From an uncultured Bacilli bacterium (GTDB lineage: Bacteria > Bacillota_I > Bacilli_A > RF39 > UBA660), in contig CAKOMW010000001.1 of the NCBI GenBank assembly GCA_934096805.1, positions 371,712 to 435,711 on the forward strand: DNA of 64,000 nt, written 5' to 3'. The notes beneath the pieces were generated by a model that saw only the letters and a program-made list of their open reading frames with translations, did no database searches and had not been told where the DNA came from. Each line of letters begins with the position of its first letter. The first letter of the stretch is position 1. Made by a program: the position numbers and the translations under genes. Below, piece after piece: positions 1 to 10,536 of this stretch.

Positions 1-1672
1 ATTATAGTTAGTAGTTGTTGTAATAATTCGTTTGTTTTAGGAATTATTATTTTTTCGTCGTAGAAGTCGGCATTTATGTCTTCGTTAGTTAAAAATATTG
101 TGTAGGCTCCACGAGCTTTTACTTCTTTTATGTTGCTTATTGTTTTTTCTGTTAGTTCTTCGTCGGTAGATATGGCTATTACTGGAGTATTTTCTTCGAT
201 TAAGGAAATGGTTCCGTGTTTTAGTTCTCCGGCTTGATAAGCAACGCTATTTATGTAAGATATTTCTTTTAGTTTTAATGATCCTTCCATGCACATTGCG
301 TAGTCTATTCCTCTTCCTATGAAGAAGATATTTTTTTGTTTATATATTTTTTTTGCTATTTCTTTGTATTCATTTTTGTTTATTAAGTTTTCTATTTGTT
401 TTGGTATTTCTTCTATGTATTTGTCTAAGTTAATATTTGCTAAATACATTGTTAAAGCAATGAATACTGTTACTTGTGCTAGGTATGCTTTGGTTGTTGC
501 GACAGCGATTTCGCATCCGGCTTTGGTGTAGATTACATATTTTGATTCTCTTGCGATACTTGATGAAACAACGTTTACAATGCTTAGGGTGTCAATATTT
601 TTTTCTTTTGCTTTTCTTAGGGCTGCTAGTGTGTCTGCTGTTTCACCTGATTGTGATACGAGGATTACTAGGGTGTTTTCGTTTTCGAATGTTTTTTCAT
701 ATCTATATTCGCTTGCTACTTGGATATATACGGGTATGTTTGCATATTTTTCTATTAGGAATTTACCTATTAGTCCAGCATGATAAGCGGAACCGCATGC
801 TACAATGTGAATGTTTGTATATTTTTTTAGATCTGGGATGTTTTGGAAGTTGTTTTCTATACAATTGTTTATTGTTTTTTTGAATGTTTCTGGTTCTTCG
901 TTTATTTCTTTTAGCATGAAATGTTCGTATTTTCCTTTGATGCTTGATTCATAGTCTCCTTCGTATTCATTTATTTCTTTTTCTGTTTCTTTTAGGTCTT
1001 TGTTGTATACGATTATGTCATTGTTTCCTATTTTTGCTATGTCATAATCGTCTAGGATGATATATTTATTTGTATATTTTAGAATAGCTGGAACGTCTGA
1101 TGCTATGTAGTTTTCTTCTTTACCTTTGGCTACGATTAGAGGACTAGATTTTCTAATTGCATATAGGTGTTCTTGGTCGTCTTCGCATATTATTCCAAAT
1201 GCGTATGATCCTTTTAGGATTTTTGTTAGTTTATTTAATGATTTTAGAATATCTTTTTCTTGTTTGTAGATATAGTCTAAGTATGCACAGGCAACTTCGG
1301 TGTCGGTGTCACTTTTAAAGTTATAGTTATTTTTTATTAGTTCTTCTTTTAGGGGAATATAGTTTTCTATTATTCCATTGTGAACTATAGTGAATTTTCC
1401 TACTTTATGAGGGTGAGCATTTGTCTTTGTTGGGTGTCCATGAGTAGCCCATCTAGTGTGACCGATTGCTAGGTTTGACTTTATATCTTTTTCTAGTTTA
1501 CTTTTTAGATTTTTGATTCTTCCTGTTTCTTTTGTTATTATTAATTTATTATCTTTGATATATGCGATTCCAGCTGAGTCATAGCCTCTGTATTCTAAGT
1601 TTTCTAAACCTTCGATTACAGTTGTTATTGCGTTTTCATTTTTTCCTTTGTATCCTACTATTCCACACATAT
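1..1672 (-). CDS. glmS: Glutamine--fructose-6-phosphate aminotransferase GlmS, partial (C-terminus runs off the window start)
   Basis: The reverse-strand reading ends at 1672 with N-terminal MCGIVGY (Ntn Cys2 amidotransferase), followed by SIS-domain-like sequence. The 3' end is truncated by the window edge. Confidence 0.8.
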
Positions 1673-1685
1673 TATACCTTCTTTC

Positions 1686-2228
1686 TTATTTATAGTTGTC
1701 TGCTTTTACTTCCATAAAGCTTTTTTTATGGTTGCAGACTGGACATACTTCTTTAGCTTTTGTTCCGATGTATACGTGTCCGCAGTTGCGACATATCCAC
1801 ATTTTTTCATCGTCTTTTTGGAAGATTTTATCGTCTTCTAAATTTTTTAATAGGGTTAAGTATCTTTCTTCGTGTTCTTTTTCTATTTTTCCAACTTCTT
1901 CGAAGAGATAGGCTATTCTTTCGAATCCTTCTTCTTTTGCTGTTTTGGCGAATTCTTCATACATTGTAGTCCATTCGTAGTTTTCTCCGTTTGCAGCGTC
2001 TTTTAGGTTTTCTAATGTTTTTGGTATTTCACCGTTATTTAGTTCTTTGAACCATAGTTTGGCATGTTCTTTTTCGTTGTTGGCAGTTTCTTCGAAAATT
2101 GCTGCGATTTGTTCATATCCATCTTTTCTTGCTTGTGAAGCATAGTAAGTGTATTTGTTCCTTGCTTGTGATTCTCCAGCGAATGCTGTTAATAGATTTT
2201 TTTCTGTTTTTGTTCCTTTTAATTCCAT
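1686..2228 (-). CDS. rbr: Rubrerythrin (ferritin-like diiron domain plus C-terminal rubredoxin-like CxxC...CxxC)
   Basis: 180 aa ORF. It has ferritin-like E..EH motifs and a C-terminal CRNCGH...CPVCNH. It lies 13 bp upstream of the glmS start. Confidence 0.8.
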   Translation of the reverse strand: MELKGTKTEKNLLTAFAGESQARNKYTYYASQARKDGYEQIAAIFEETANNEKEHAKLWFKELNNGEIPKTLENLKDAANGENYEWTTMYEEFAKTAKEEGFERIAYLFEEVGKIEKEHEERYLTLLKNLEDDKIFQKDDEKMWICRNCGHVYIGTKAKEVCPVCNHKKSFMEVKADNYK

Positions 2229-2309
2229 ATTTTTTCACTCCTTTGCCATAATTATATTAATTGGCTTATATTTATATTATCATTATCTTGTTAAATAATC
2301 AATGTTTTG

Positions 2310-2346
2310 TTGATTTTGAATAAAAAAAAGAGGTCTATTTGACCTC
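2310..2346 (-). terminator. Intrinsic terminator of clpB (hairpin gaggtc-N5-gacctc followed by a U-run on the minus strand)
   Basis: Perfect 6-bp stem at 2330-2346 overlapping the clpB stop codon. On the minus strand it is followed by TTTTTTTTATT. Confidence 0.6.
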
Positions 2347-4428
2347 GATTTGATTGTTTATGAAATCGAATGTTATGGTTTGTTTTGGTTTTATTTCTCC
2401 TTTTATTATTAGGTGTGCTAAAGGTTCTTCGATTTCTTTTGAGATTACTCTTTTTAATGGTCTTGCTCCAAATGCTTTATCGTATCCTAATTCTACTAGA
2501 TAGTCTTTGGCTTTTGGTGTTATTTCAATTTTTATTTGTTTATCGCTTAGTCTTTGTTCTGTTGTTTCTATTAGTTTGTCTAGTATTTCGTACATTACAT
2601 CTTTAGTTAATTCATTAAAGATTATTATTTCGTCGATACGATTAATAAATTCTGGTTTTAAGACTTGTTTTAGTTCTTTTATTACTTCATCTTTTTTGTT
2701 TTCTATGATGTGGTCGCTTCCGATGTTTGAGGTCATGATGATGATTGTGTTTTTAAAGTCTACTGTTCTACCGTTAGAGTCGGTTATTCTACCATCGTCT
2801 AGGATTTGTAATAGTAGATTTAGGACTTCGGGATGGGCTTTTTCTATTTCATCGAATAGAACAATGCTGTAAGGATTTCTTCTTACGGCTTCGGTTAATT
2901 GTCCTCCTTCGTCGTATCCTACGTATCCTGGGGGAGAGCCAATTAATCTTGATGTTGAGAATTTTTCCATGTATTCAGACATGTCTATTCTTATCATGTG
3001 TTTTTCGTCGTCAAATAGTTCATAAGCTAGGGTTTTTGCGACTTCGGTTTTACCAACTCCGGTTGGCCCTAGAAACATGAAAGAACCGATTGGTTTGTTA
3101 GGGTCTTTAATGCCACTTCTTGATTTTATGATTGCTTCTGCTACTAGGTGTAAGGCTTCGTCTTGTCCTTTTACTCTTTTTTTCATGTTTTTTTCTAGGT
3201 TTAGGAGTTTTTCTTTTTCGCTGTTGATTAATTTACTTACAGGAATATTAGTCCATTTTGCTACTACTTCAGCAACTTTTTCTTCGGTTACGGTTTCGCT
3301 TAGGATTTGATTTGTTGTTTGTTTTCTTTTTTCTTCAAGTTGATGTTCCAGTTTTGGAATAGTTCCGTGTTTTAATCTTGCAGCAGTTTCTAAGTCGTAG
3401 TTGCTTTCGGCTTGTTCTAGTTCAAATTTTTTATTTTCTAGCTCTTGTTTTAATTCTTTTATTTCATTGTTTGTTTTCTTTTCTTCTTCCCATTTTGTTT
3501 TTAGGGTTTGTTCTTGTTCTTTTAGGGTTTTTAATTGTTCATTTATTTTGTTTATTCGTTGTTTTGAAAGATCATCTTTTTCTTTTTTTAGAGCTTGTTT
3601 TTCTATTTCTAGACGCATGATGTTTCTTGTTAGTTCATCTAGTTCATTTGGAACTGAATCCATTTGTACTCTTATGGTTGCACATGCTTCGTCAATTAGA
3701 TCGATGGCTTTGTCTGGTAAGTATCTATCTGTTATGTATCTATTTGACATGGTAGCTGCTTTTATTAGAGCTTTGTCTTGGATTGTTACTCCATGGTGTA
3801 TTTCGAATCTTTCTTTTAGGCCTCTTAGGATGGTGATGGTGTCTTCGACTGATGGTTCACTTATTTTTACTTTTTGGAATCTTCGTTCAAGGGCTCCATC
3901 TTTTTCAATGTATTTTCTATATTCATTTAGGGTTGTTGCTCCGATTACATGAATTTCACCACGAGCAAGCATTGGTTTTAAGATGTTTGATGTATCCATT
4001 GCACCGTCTGCTTGGCCTGAGCTTACAATGGTGTGGATTTCGTCGATAAACATTATTATTTGTCCGTTTGATTTTTTAACTTCGTTTAGGACGTTTTTTA
4101 GTCTTTCTTCGAATTCTCCACGGTATTTGGCTCCGGCGATTAATGCAGCCATGTCTAGTTCCCAAATAATTTTGTCTTTTAAGCATGCTGGGATATCATT
4201 TTTTACGATTCTTTGCGCTAATCCTTCGATGATGGCTGTTTTACCGACACCTGGTTCTCCGATTAGAACAGGGTTGTTTTTAGTTTTTCTAGATAGAATT
4301 CTTGTTATGTTTCTTATTTCTTCGTCTCTACCTATTACAGGGTCCATTTTTCCTTGTTTTACTTGTTCGTTTATATTTCGTCCATATTTTTCTAATGGAT
4401 TTTTTTCTTCCTCATATTTCATGTTCAT
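2335..4428 (-). CDS. clpB: AAA+ chaperone ClpB, short form lacking the N-terminal domain
   Basis: 697 aa with two Walker A sites ([16 protein letters not shown]) and a long coiled-coil M-domain between the nucleotide-binding domains. The protein starts directly at NBD1. Confidence 0.85.
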   Translation of the reverse strand: MNMKYEEEKNPLEKYGRNINEQVKQGKMDPVIGRDEEIRNITRILSRKTKNNPVLIGEPGVGKTAIIEGLAQRIVKNDIPACLKDKIIWELDMAALIAGAKYRGEFEERLKNVLNEVKKSNGQIIMFIDEIHTIVSSGQADGAMDTSNILKPMLARGEIHVIGATTLNEYRKYIEKDGALERRFQKVKISEPSVEDTITILRGLKERFEIHHGVTIQDKALIKAATMSNRYITDRYLPDKAIDLIDEACATIRVQMDSVPNELDELTRNIMRLEIEKQALKKEKDDLSKQRINKINEQLKTLKEQEQTLKTKWEEEKKTNNEIKELKQELENKKFELEQAESNYDLETAARLKHGTIPKLEHQLEEKRKQTTNQILSETVTEEKVAEVVAKWTNIPVSKLINSEKEKLLNLEKNMKKRVKGQDEALHLVAEAIIKSRSGIKDPNKPIGSFMFLGPTGVGKTEVAKTLAYELFDDEKHMIRIDMSEYMEKFSTSRLIGSPPGYVGYDEGGQLTEAVRRNPYSIVLFDEIEKAHPEVLNLLLQILDDGRITDSNGRTVDFKNTIIIMTSNIGSDHIIENKKDEVIKELKQVLKPEFINRIDEIIIFNELTKDVMYEILDKLIETTEQRLSDKQIKIEITPKAKDYLVELGYDKAFGARPLKRVISKEIEEPLAHLIIKGEIKPKQTITFDFINNQIEVK

Positions 4429-4461
4429 AAATATTACCTCCTTTTAAATATTCATATCTAT

Positions 4462-4489
4462 ATTATAACACTTTTTTAGCACTTGTCAA
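4462..4489 (-). promoter_or_regulatory. Sigma-A type promoter for clpB (TTGACA-16-TATAAT on the minus strand)
   Basis: The minus strand reads ttgacaagtgctaaaaaagtgttataat. The -35 and spacer overlap the CIRCE element. Confidence 0.55.
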
Positions 4490-4502
4490 TAGAGAGTGCT
4501 AA
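4476..4502. promoter_or_regulatory. CIRCE element (HrcA operator) TTAGCACTT-N9-GAGTGCTAA
   Basis: 9-bp inverted repeat with a 9-bp spacer and one mismatch to the consensus TTAGCACTC-N9-GAGTGCTAA. It sits between the divergent clpB and mscL genes and overlaps the clpB promoter. Confidence 0.8.
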
Positions 4503-4585
4503 TTTTATTTATTTTTTTTCTATTTTATATTATGTGCTTTATTGCTTTTATTATTTAAATATTGTATACTTTATTTGGTGATATT

Positions 4586-4981
4586 ATGAAGAAATTTTTT
4601 GATGAATTTAAGAAGTTTATAGAACGTGGAAATGTTATTGATTTAGCAGTTGGGGTTGTAATAGGTAGTGCTTTTTCAAAGATTGTTTCTAGCTTGGTTA
4701 ATGATTTGTTTATGCCTGTTATTGGTATTATTATTGGAGGTCATGATTTTTCTAGTCTTAGTTTAAAAGTTGGTGATGCAACGATTAAGTATGGTTCTTT
4801 AATACAGAATATAGTTGATTTTTTAATTATTGCATTTTGTATATTTTTATTTGTTAAGATTATTAATAGATTTTTTGCTAAAAAGAATGATGTTAAGGAT
4901 GATGATATTGTTAAAAAGAGTGAAGAGATTGTACTTCTTGAAGAAATTAGAGATTTGCTAAAAAAGGATGTAGTGAAGTGA
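4586..4981 (+). CDS. mscL: Large-conductance mechanosensitive channel MscL
   Basis: [30 protein letters not shown]... is the typical MscL N-terminus and TM1. The ORF track begins at 4562, but the conserved start is M at 4586. Confidence 0.8.
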   Translation: MKKFFDEFKKFIERGNVIDLAVGVVIGSAFSKIVSSLVNDLFMPVIGIIIGGHDFSSLSLKVGDATIKYGSLIQNIVDFLIIAFCIFLFVKIINRFFAKKNDVKDDDIVKKSEEIVLLEEIRDLLKKDVVK

Positions 4982-4982
4982 T

Positions 4983-5663
4983 TTGATGGAACAGGAAAAG
5001 ATTGGAAAATTTATAAAGAAAATAAGGATTGATAATGGTTTTACACAGAAAGAATTTGCTGATAAATTGGGGGTTACTTATCAAGCAGTTAGTAAGTGGG
5101 AGAATGGTAAAAATATTCCAGATATTATGATTCTTAAACTGATTAGTAAAGAATTTAATGTTAATATTGATGATTTGTTGGAGGGAAGAGAGTCTAAAAA
5201 GGAGTTTAATTTTAAAGTGCTTTTTATTGTACTTGGAATTTGTTTTGGTTTGTTTTTTTTGTTTTTTATATTTTTTCATGATGATGATTTTAGATTTAAG
5301 ACGTTGTCTTCTTCTTGTAGTGATTTTAATATTTCTGGTAGTATTTCTTATAACAAAGAGAAGTCTTCGATATATATATCTAATATAGACTATTGTGGTG
5401 GTAATGATATTAATAAGTATAAACTTATTACTTGTGATTTGTATGAGAAGCATGGTGATGTTACGGTTAAGGTTAAGGAATGTGATTATGATAATAATAA
5501 GAATGTTACTTTGGAGGAGTTTTTAAAAGGAGTAAGGTTTGTTACTTCTGATTATCGTAATGTTTGTAAGGATTTGAATATGTATATTGAGATTAATGCT
5601 TTTTTAGATAATGGTAAGTCTATTAATTATAAGATACCGCTTAATTTAGAGGATTGTAAATAA
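4983..5663 (+). CDS. XRE-family HTH (HTH_3) membrane-anchored regulator with an extracytoplasmic domain
   Basis: N-terminal FTQKEFADKLGVTYQAVSKWENGKNIP helix-turn-helix, a single TM segment (LFIVLGICFGLFFLFFIFF), and a C-terminal Cys-containing domain. Confidence 0.6.
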   Translation: MMEQEKIGKFIKKIRIDNGFTQKEFADKLGVTYQAVSKWENGKNIPDIMILKLISKEFNVNIDDLLEGRESKKEFNFKVLFIVLGICFGLFFLFFIFFHDDDFRFKTLSSSCSDFNISGSISYNKEKSSIYISNIDYCGGNDINKYKLITCDLYEKHGDVTVKVKECDYDNNKNVTLEEFLKGVRFVTSDYRNVCKDLNMYIEINAFLDNGKSINYKIPLNLEDCK

Positions 5664-5744
5664 CTCAACTTATGGTTTAGTGTTTTCAACTTCTTTTTTA
5701 TTGCATTTTTATGATTTATTTTTTATACTGGTTTTGGTGATGTT

Positions 5745-6857
5745 ATGAAAGTTTATTTAGATTATAGTGCTACTACATGTGTGGATCCTGATGTTCTTGA
5801 ACGTTTTAACTATGTGGTAGAGAATTTTTATGCTAATCCTAATTCTAGTCATGATATGGGTAGGGGGTGTAATGAACTTATTTCGTCTAGTGTTTCTAGT
5901 ATATGTGATTTTTTTGGAATTTCTTCTGATGAGATTGTTTTTACTAGTGGTGCTAGTGAGGCTAATAATACTGTTTTGAAGGGACTTACTTCTGGTAATG
6001 AAATTATTACTACTAAGTTGGAGCATTCATCAATATATGGACCTTGTAGTTATTTGCAAAAGTTAGGTTATAAGGTGTTTTTTGTTCCTCTTGATAGTGA
6101 TGGAATTGTTGATATTGATTGTTTGGAAAAGATGATTAATTCTAATACAGCGCTTGTATCTATTGGTTGTGTTAATAGTGAAGTTGGTCTTAGACAGCCT
6201 ATTGAAGAAATTGGTCTTATGTTAAAAAAGTATCCTCATGTTTTGTTTCATAGTGATATTACGCAGGCTGTTTCTAAAGTGAAGATTGATTTGACTAATG
6301 TTGATATGGCTAGTTTTTCAGGGCATAAGTTCTTTTGTTTTAAAGGTATTGGTGGTTTAATAAAGAAAAAGGATGTTAAGCTTGTTCCTTTGATTCATGG
6401 GGGTAAGAGTACTTCTGTTTACAGGAGTGGAACTCCTTCGACGGAACTTATTTGTGCACTTTCTTGTGCTTTTGATTTGATTTCTGATATGGATTCTAGG
6501 ATTTCTTATGTACATAATCTTAATAAAAAGATTAGAAAGCATGTTTCTTTATATGATAAGATTCTTATTAATAGCAATGATTTTTGTATTGATAATATAT
6601 TGAATATTAGTTTTGTGGGGAAGGATGCAAATGTCATTTTGAAGTATTTTTCTGATAGAGGTATTTATATTTCGACAAAGACGGCATGTAGTAGTGATGC
6701 TAGTTATTCGCTTTGTATTTATGAACTTTATGGTGATAAGAGCAGAGCCAGTTCAAGTGTTAGAATAAGTCTTTCTTATAAGACAACTTTGGATGAAGTT
6801 GATTATTTTCTTAAAGTATTAGATTGTTTAATGGAGGAATACGATGAAGTTAATTAA
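5745..6857 (+). CDS. Class V aminotransferase / cysteine desulfurase (NifS/IscS-like)
   Basis: 370 aa. SGHKF pyridoxal-lysine motif, fold type I PLP architecture, and RSGT near the C-terminus. Confidence 0.7.
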   Translation: MKVYLDYSATTCVDPDVLERFNYVVENFYANPNSSHDMGRGCNELISSSVSSICDFFGISSDEIVFTSGASEANNTVLKGLTSGNEIITTKLEHSSIYGPCSYLQKLGYKVFFVPLDSDGIVDIDCLEKMINSNTALVSIGCVNSEVGLRQPIEEIGLMLKKYPHVLFHSDITQAVSKVKIDLTNVDMASFSGHKFFCFKGIGGLIKKKDVKLVPLIHGGKSTSVYRSGTPSTELICALSCAFDLISDMDSRISYVHNLNKKIRKHVSLYDKILINSNDFCIDNILNISFVGKDANVILKYFSDRGIYISTKTACSSDASYSLCIYELYGDKSRASSSVRISLSYKTTLDEVDYFLKVLDCLMEEYDEVN

Positions 6858-7119
6858 AATTACGGCAGGATGGTGTATGTCTTGTATTATTATGAATGAT
6901 TTGCTTGATAGTGTCTTATCTGATTGTAATGTTTTGTTTGATGTTGTTAATGTTGATTATGATTTTGATACTGAATTAGTGGAAAAGTTTAACGTTGGTG
7001 ATGTACTTCCTGTTTATATTATTGTGGATGATGATAGAGAAATGGGACGTATTGTTGGTGAAGTTAGTGAGGATAAGCTTGTCTCATTTTTAAAGGATAA
7101 TGGTGGTATTTATGAATAA
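6844..7119 (+). CDS. Small thioredoxin-fold protein with an atypical CMSC active site
   Basis: ITAGWCMSC aligns with the WCGPC region of thioredoxins, and the rest follows the Trx fold. It overlaps the end of the desulfurase gene. Confidence 0.5.
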   Translation: MKLIKITAGWCMSCIIMNDLLDSVLSDCNVLFDVVNVDYDFDTELVEKFNVGDVLPVYIIVDDDREMGRIVGEVSEDKLVSFLKDNGGIYE

Positions 7120-7948
7120 AAGATTTGTGTTTTTAGTAATTGTTTTTTTTATGATGTTTGTTCCTACTTTGGTTTTTGGACTTGATTCTTCTTATGCTGT
7201 TGATACAGGTATTTTTGGTGTTGTTAGTGCTAAGGATGTTTCGCTTCCAATATTTTCTATTTTGGTGGGGGCAGTTGATGGTTTTAATCCTTGTGCAATG
7301 TGGATACTTGTTTTTCTAATTACGATGATGTTTTCAATGCATGATAGAAAGAAAATGTGGATACTTGGATTAACTTTTATTTTTACAAGTGGTTTTGTTT
7401 ATCTTTGTTTTATGCTTTCATGGCTTAGTTTAGCAAGTTTTTTATCGGGGATTACTTTAGTTAGATTTTTAATTGCTTGTTTTGCTATTGTGTTTGGAAT
7501 GGTTAATATTTATAGGTATGTTAAGAGTTTGAGTAGTGATGTTGGATGTGATGTTACTGATAAGTCTAAGAGAATTAAGATTATGGATAAGATTAAGAAA
7601 ATTGTTAATGAAAAAAAGTTTTTTTTGGCAATTTTAGGTGTAATGTTGCTTGCTTTTTCGGTTAATTTGATTGAGCTTCTTTGTTCTTTAGGACTTCCAG
7701 TTATGTTTACTAATGTGCTTGCTCTTAATGACTTGAGTGTTTTAGAATATGCATTTTATATTGGTTTATATTTGATTTTCTTTTTAATTGATGATATATT
7801 AGTATTTGTTATAGCTATGAAGACTTTGAAGATTAAGGGGATTTCTAATAAATATACTAAGTATTCTCATCTTATTGGAGGATTAATAATGGTTTTATTA
7901 GGGCTTTTAATGGTTTTGAAGCCTGAGTGGTTAATGTTTAATTTTTAG
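7100..7948 (+). CDS. Polytopic membrane protein, CcdA/DsbD-like thiol-disulfide transfer candidate
   Basis: 6 or more TM helices with conserved Cys inside TM segments (GFNPCAMW and ELLCSLGLP). It is flanked by two thioredoxin-like genes. Confidence 0.4.
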   Translation: MVVFMNKRFVFLVIVFFMMFVPTLVFGLDSSYAVDTGIFGVVSAKDVSLPIFSILVGAVDGFNPCAMWILVFLITMMFSMHDRKKMWILGLTFIFTSGFVYLCFMLSWLSLASFLSGITLVRFLIACFAIVFGMVNIYRYVKSLSSDVGCDVTDKSKRIKIMDKIKKIVNEKKFFLAILGVMLLAFSVNLIELLCSLGLPVMFTNVLALNDLSVLEYAFYIGLYLIFFLIDDILVFVIAMKTLKIKGISNKYTKYSHLIGGLIMVLLGLLMVLKPEWLMFNF

Positions 7949-7962
7949 GAAGTGATGGTAGT

Positions 7963-8430
7963 ATGAAGAAAAGTACAGAGATTATTTTTGTGATTTTAAC
8001 TATTTTATTACTTGGAGTTATTGTTTATTTTTCTTTTTTTAATGAAAAGAAGATTGATAATGTTGTGAATAAAAATGCAACTTTGGAGAATATAAAAAAG
8101 ACTGATGGAATGGTTAATGTTTATTTGTTTTATGGAAGGGAATGTCCTCATTGCGAAAAGTTAATGGAATATTTTGATAATATTAATGATAAGTATGGTG
8201 AACTTTTTAATCTTTATGGTTTTGAAGTATGGCATGATGGCAATAATCCTAATATAATGAAGGATTTTAGTTCTGCGATTGGTGATGATCTTGGTGGAGT
8301 TCCTTATTATATAATTGGGGATGAGTCTTTTGTTGGTTATAATTATACTTATGATGAAAAGATTGTTAAGGCTATAAAGAAGTATGCTAAGAGTGGTAGC
8401 GATGTTTATTTTGATAAGATAAAGAAGTAA
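7963..8430 (+). CDS. Membrane-anchored extracytoplasmic thioredoxin-like oxidoreductase (CPHC motif)
   Basis: N-terminal signal anchor, then YGRECPHCEKL, the CxxC motif of the DsbA/Bdb/Etrx type. Confidence 0.6.
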   Translation: MKKSTEIIFVILTILLLGVIVYFSFFNEKKIDNVVNKNATLENIKKTDGMVNVYLFYGRECPHCEKLMEYFDNINDKYGELFNLYGFEVWHDGNNPNIMKDFSSAIGDDLGGVPYYIIGDESFVGYNYTYDEKIVKAIKKYAKSGSDVYFDKIKK

Positions 8431-8526
8431 TTGGTTTACTTCTTTTTACATATAATTATTATAATTATAGTTCTTTTCTTTAAAATTGTGGTACAATATT
8501 GTTAAGCGTTATTTGCGGGGTGATTT

Positions 8527-9582
8527 ATGAAGAAAAGAAGATATTTTTTATCGTTTTTATTATTTTTTATCCTTTTTTTAATAACTTATTTTTGGATATT
8601 TAGATGTTATGATTTTAAATTTCTTATTGATTCTTTGAAATTGTGTAACATTAAGTATATATTGTTTGCTATTTTATCAATGTTTATGTTTCCTTTGTTT
8701 GAGGCAATATTTTTAAAGAGTATAGCACGGAATATGGGGATTGAAATGAGTTTTTATAAAGCTCTAGGCTATGTTTTTACGGAGATATATTTTTCGGGAA
8801 TTACACCCTCTTCGATGGGTGGACAGCCTGTTCAGATGTATGAGATGAATAGGGATGGTATTGAATATTATAAATCTAGTATTATTGTTTTGCTTAATAC
8901 AGTTATTTATAAGTGTACACTGGTATTTTTGCTTATTTTGTCTTTGATATTTTTTGGATCTTATATATTTAGTTATTCTACTTTATTTAATGTTCTTGTT
9001 TTAATTGGTTTTGTTATGAATGTTTTGATAATTCTTTTTTTTATAAGTTTGGTTTATTCTAAAAAGACTATTGATTCTACAAGGAAAATTTTTATGTGGT
9101 TTGTGAATAGGTTTAAGTTTATAAAAAATAAAGAGGTTATTTTTGAAAGGTTTGATAAAACTGTTTTGAAGTATAATGATTTAAGTGATTTTACAAGGAA
9201 GAAACCTTTTATTTTTGTCAAGTCTTTTATGATACTTTTAATGCAAAGAATTAGTTTTCTTTTAGTTAGTTATTTTATATATAAATCTTTTGGGCTTGAT
9301 GGTTTTAGTATATTTTTGGTTATTGCTTTTCAGGTTTGTATCGTGATGGCTGGAGACTTTATTCCTACTCCTGGTGGAGTGATGGTGTATGAAGGTATAA
9401 TTTTATCTATTAATGAGCTTTTATATGGAGAAGAGCTTGCTCTTTCTTCGATGTTACTTCAAAGGAGTATTAATTTTTATTTATTGATATTAATTAGTTT
9501 TATAATTTATTTAGTTTTTCATTATGATAAGAAAAGGAGAAAAAGGAAGGAGAAGATTTTGAATGAAAAAAAATATAGTTAA
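8527..9582 (+). CDS. Flippase-like membrane protein (lysylphosphatidylglycerol synthase TM-region family, UPF0104)
   Basis: 8 TM segments and the motif ITPSSMGGQPVQMYEM, typical of the LPG_synthase_TM / MprF N-terminal flippase domain. Confidence 0.55.
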   Translation: MKKRRYFLSFLLFFILFLITYFWIFRCYDFKFLIDSLKLCNIKYILFAILSMFMFPLFEAIFLKSIARNMGIEMSFYKALGYVFTEIYFSGITPSSMGGQPVQMYEMNRDGIEYYKSSIIVLLNTVIYKCTLVFLLILSLIFFGSYIFSYSTLFNVLVLIGFVMNVLIILFFISLVYSKKTIDSTRKIFMWFVNRFKFIKNKEVIFERFDKTVLKYNDLSDFTRKKPFIFVKSFMILLMQRISFLLVSYFIYKSFGLDGFSIFLVIAFQVCIVMAGDFIPTPGGVMVYEGIILSINELLYGEELALSSMLLQRSINFYLLILISFIIYLVFHYDKKRRKRKEKILNEKKYS

Positions 9583-10441
9583 TATGGTACAAGGTTTTTG
9601 TATGGCTCTTGCTGATAGTGTTCCTGGTATATCTGGGGGGACTGTTGCTTTTATCCTTGGTTTTTATGAAAAGTTTATTAATAGTGTTAATGCTATTGTT
9701 ACTAAGGGTGAAGATAAGAAAAAAGCGTTTTCGTTTTTGTTTAAATTAGGTATAGGATGGGCAATTGGAATGGCTCTTGCAGCGATTGTTTTGTCTAAGC
9801 TTTTTGAGGATCATATATATAGTGTTAGTTCACTTTTTATAGGGTTTATAGTGTTTGCAATTCCAATAATTATAAAGGAAGAGAAAAATACATTGAAAGG
9901 TAAGTATGGATATTTAATTTATTCTCTTATAGGAATAGCAATTGTTTCTTTGATTACTTATTTTAATCCTACTGGTGGAGGGAGTAATGTTGACCTTACT
10001 AATCTTAATCCTTTATTGTGTTTGTATGTGTTTATGGCTGGGGTTATTGCAATTTCCGCTATGGTGGTTCCTGGTATATCAGGTTCGACACTTTTGCTTA
10101 TTTTTGGTCTTTATGTACCTATTATTACTTCGATTAGTGAGGTGTTGCATTTTAATTTTGGCTTTTTACCTATTTTAATAGTATTTGGTTTTGGAGTTAT
10201 TACAGGATTGTTGCTTGTTGTTAAACTGATAAAGAAGGCTCTTGATAAGTATAGGGCTGAGACTATTTATATGGTGCTTGGTCTTATGGTTGGTTCAATA
10301 TATGCAATTATTATGGGTCCTACTAGTCTTAGTGTTCCTAAGGAAGCAATGAGTTTTGGTACTTTTAGTATTTTGTTCTTTATTTTTGGAGGTATTATTG
10401 TTTATGGACTTGAAGTTTTAAAAAGAAAACTTGATAAGTAG
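9563..10441 (+). CDS. DUF368 family membrane protein (polyprenyl-phosphate transporter family)
   Basis: Duplicated VPGISGGT / VPGISGST motifs characteristic of DUF368. Confidence 0.65.
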   Translation: MKKNIVNMVQGFCMALADSVPGISGGTVAFILGFYEKFINSVNAIVTKGEDKKKAFSFLFKLGIGWAIGMALAAIVLSKLFEDHIYSVSSLFIGFIVFAIPIIIKEEKNTLKGKYGYLIYSLIGIAIVSLITYFNPTGGGSNVDLTNLNPLLCLYVFMAGVIAISAMVVPGISGSTLLLIFGLYVPIITSISEVLHFNFGFLPILIVFGFGVITGLLLVVKLIKKALDKYRAETIYMVLGLMVGSIYAIIMGPTSLSVPKEAMSFGTFSILFFIFGGIIVYGLEVLKRKLDK

Positions 10442-10536
10442 TTTCATATTGGCACTTTTTAGTGCCTTTTTCTATGGGAAAATATTTTGTACATTGTGAT
10501 TTTATTTGCATATATTATGATAGCAGGAGGTGTATT

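Noticed and set aside
1673-2334. glmS ribozyme expected upstream of glmS in Gram-positive bacteria
   Set aside because: The glmS start (1672) is only 13 bp from the rubrerythrin stop, and the rbr-clpB intergenic region is ~100 bp, too short for the ~170-nt ribozyme. No conserved glmS ribozyme core was recognised.
2370-4447. Multiple plus-strand ORFs (60-180 aa) inside the clpB locus, and similar antisense ORFs inside parC, smc, ppdK and amidase genes
   Set aside because: They are antisense to long, well-supported genes and have low-complexity L/F-rich translations typical of AT-rich antisense frames.
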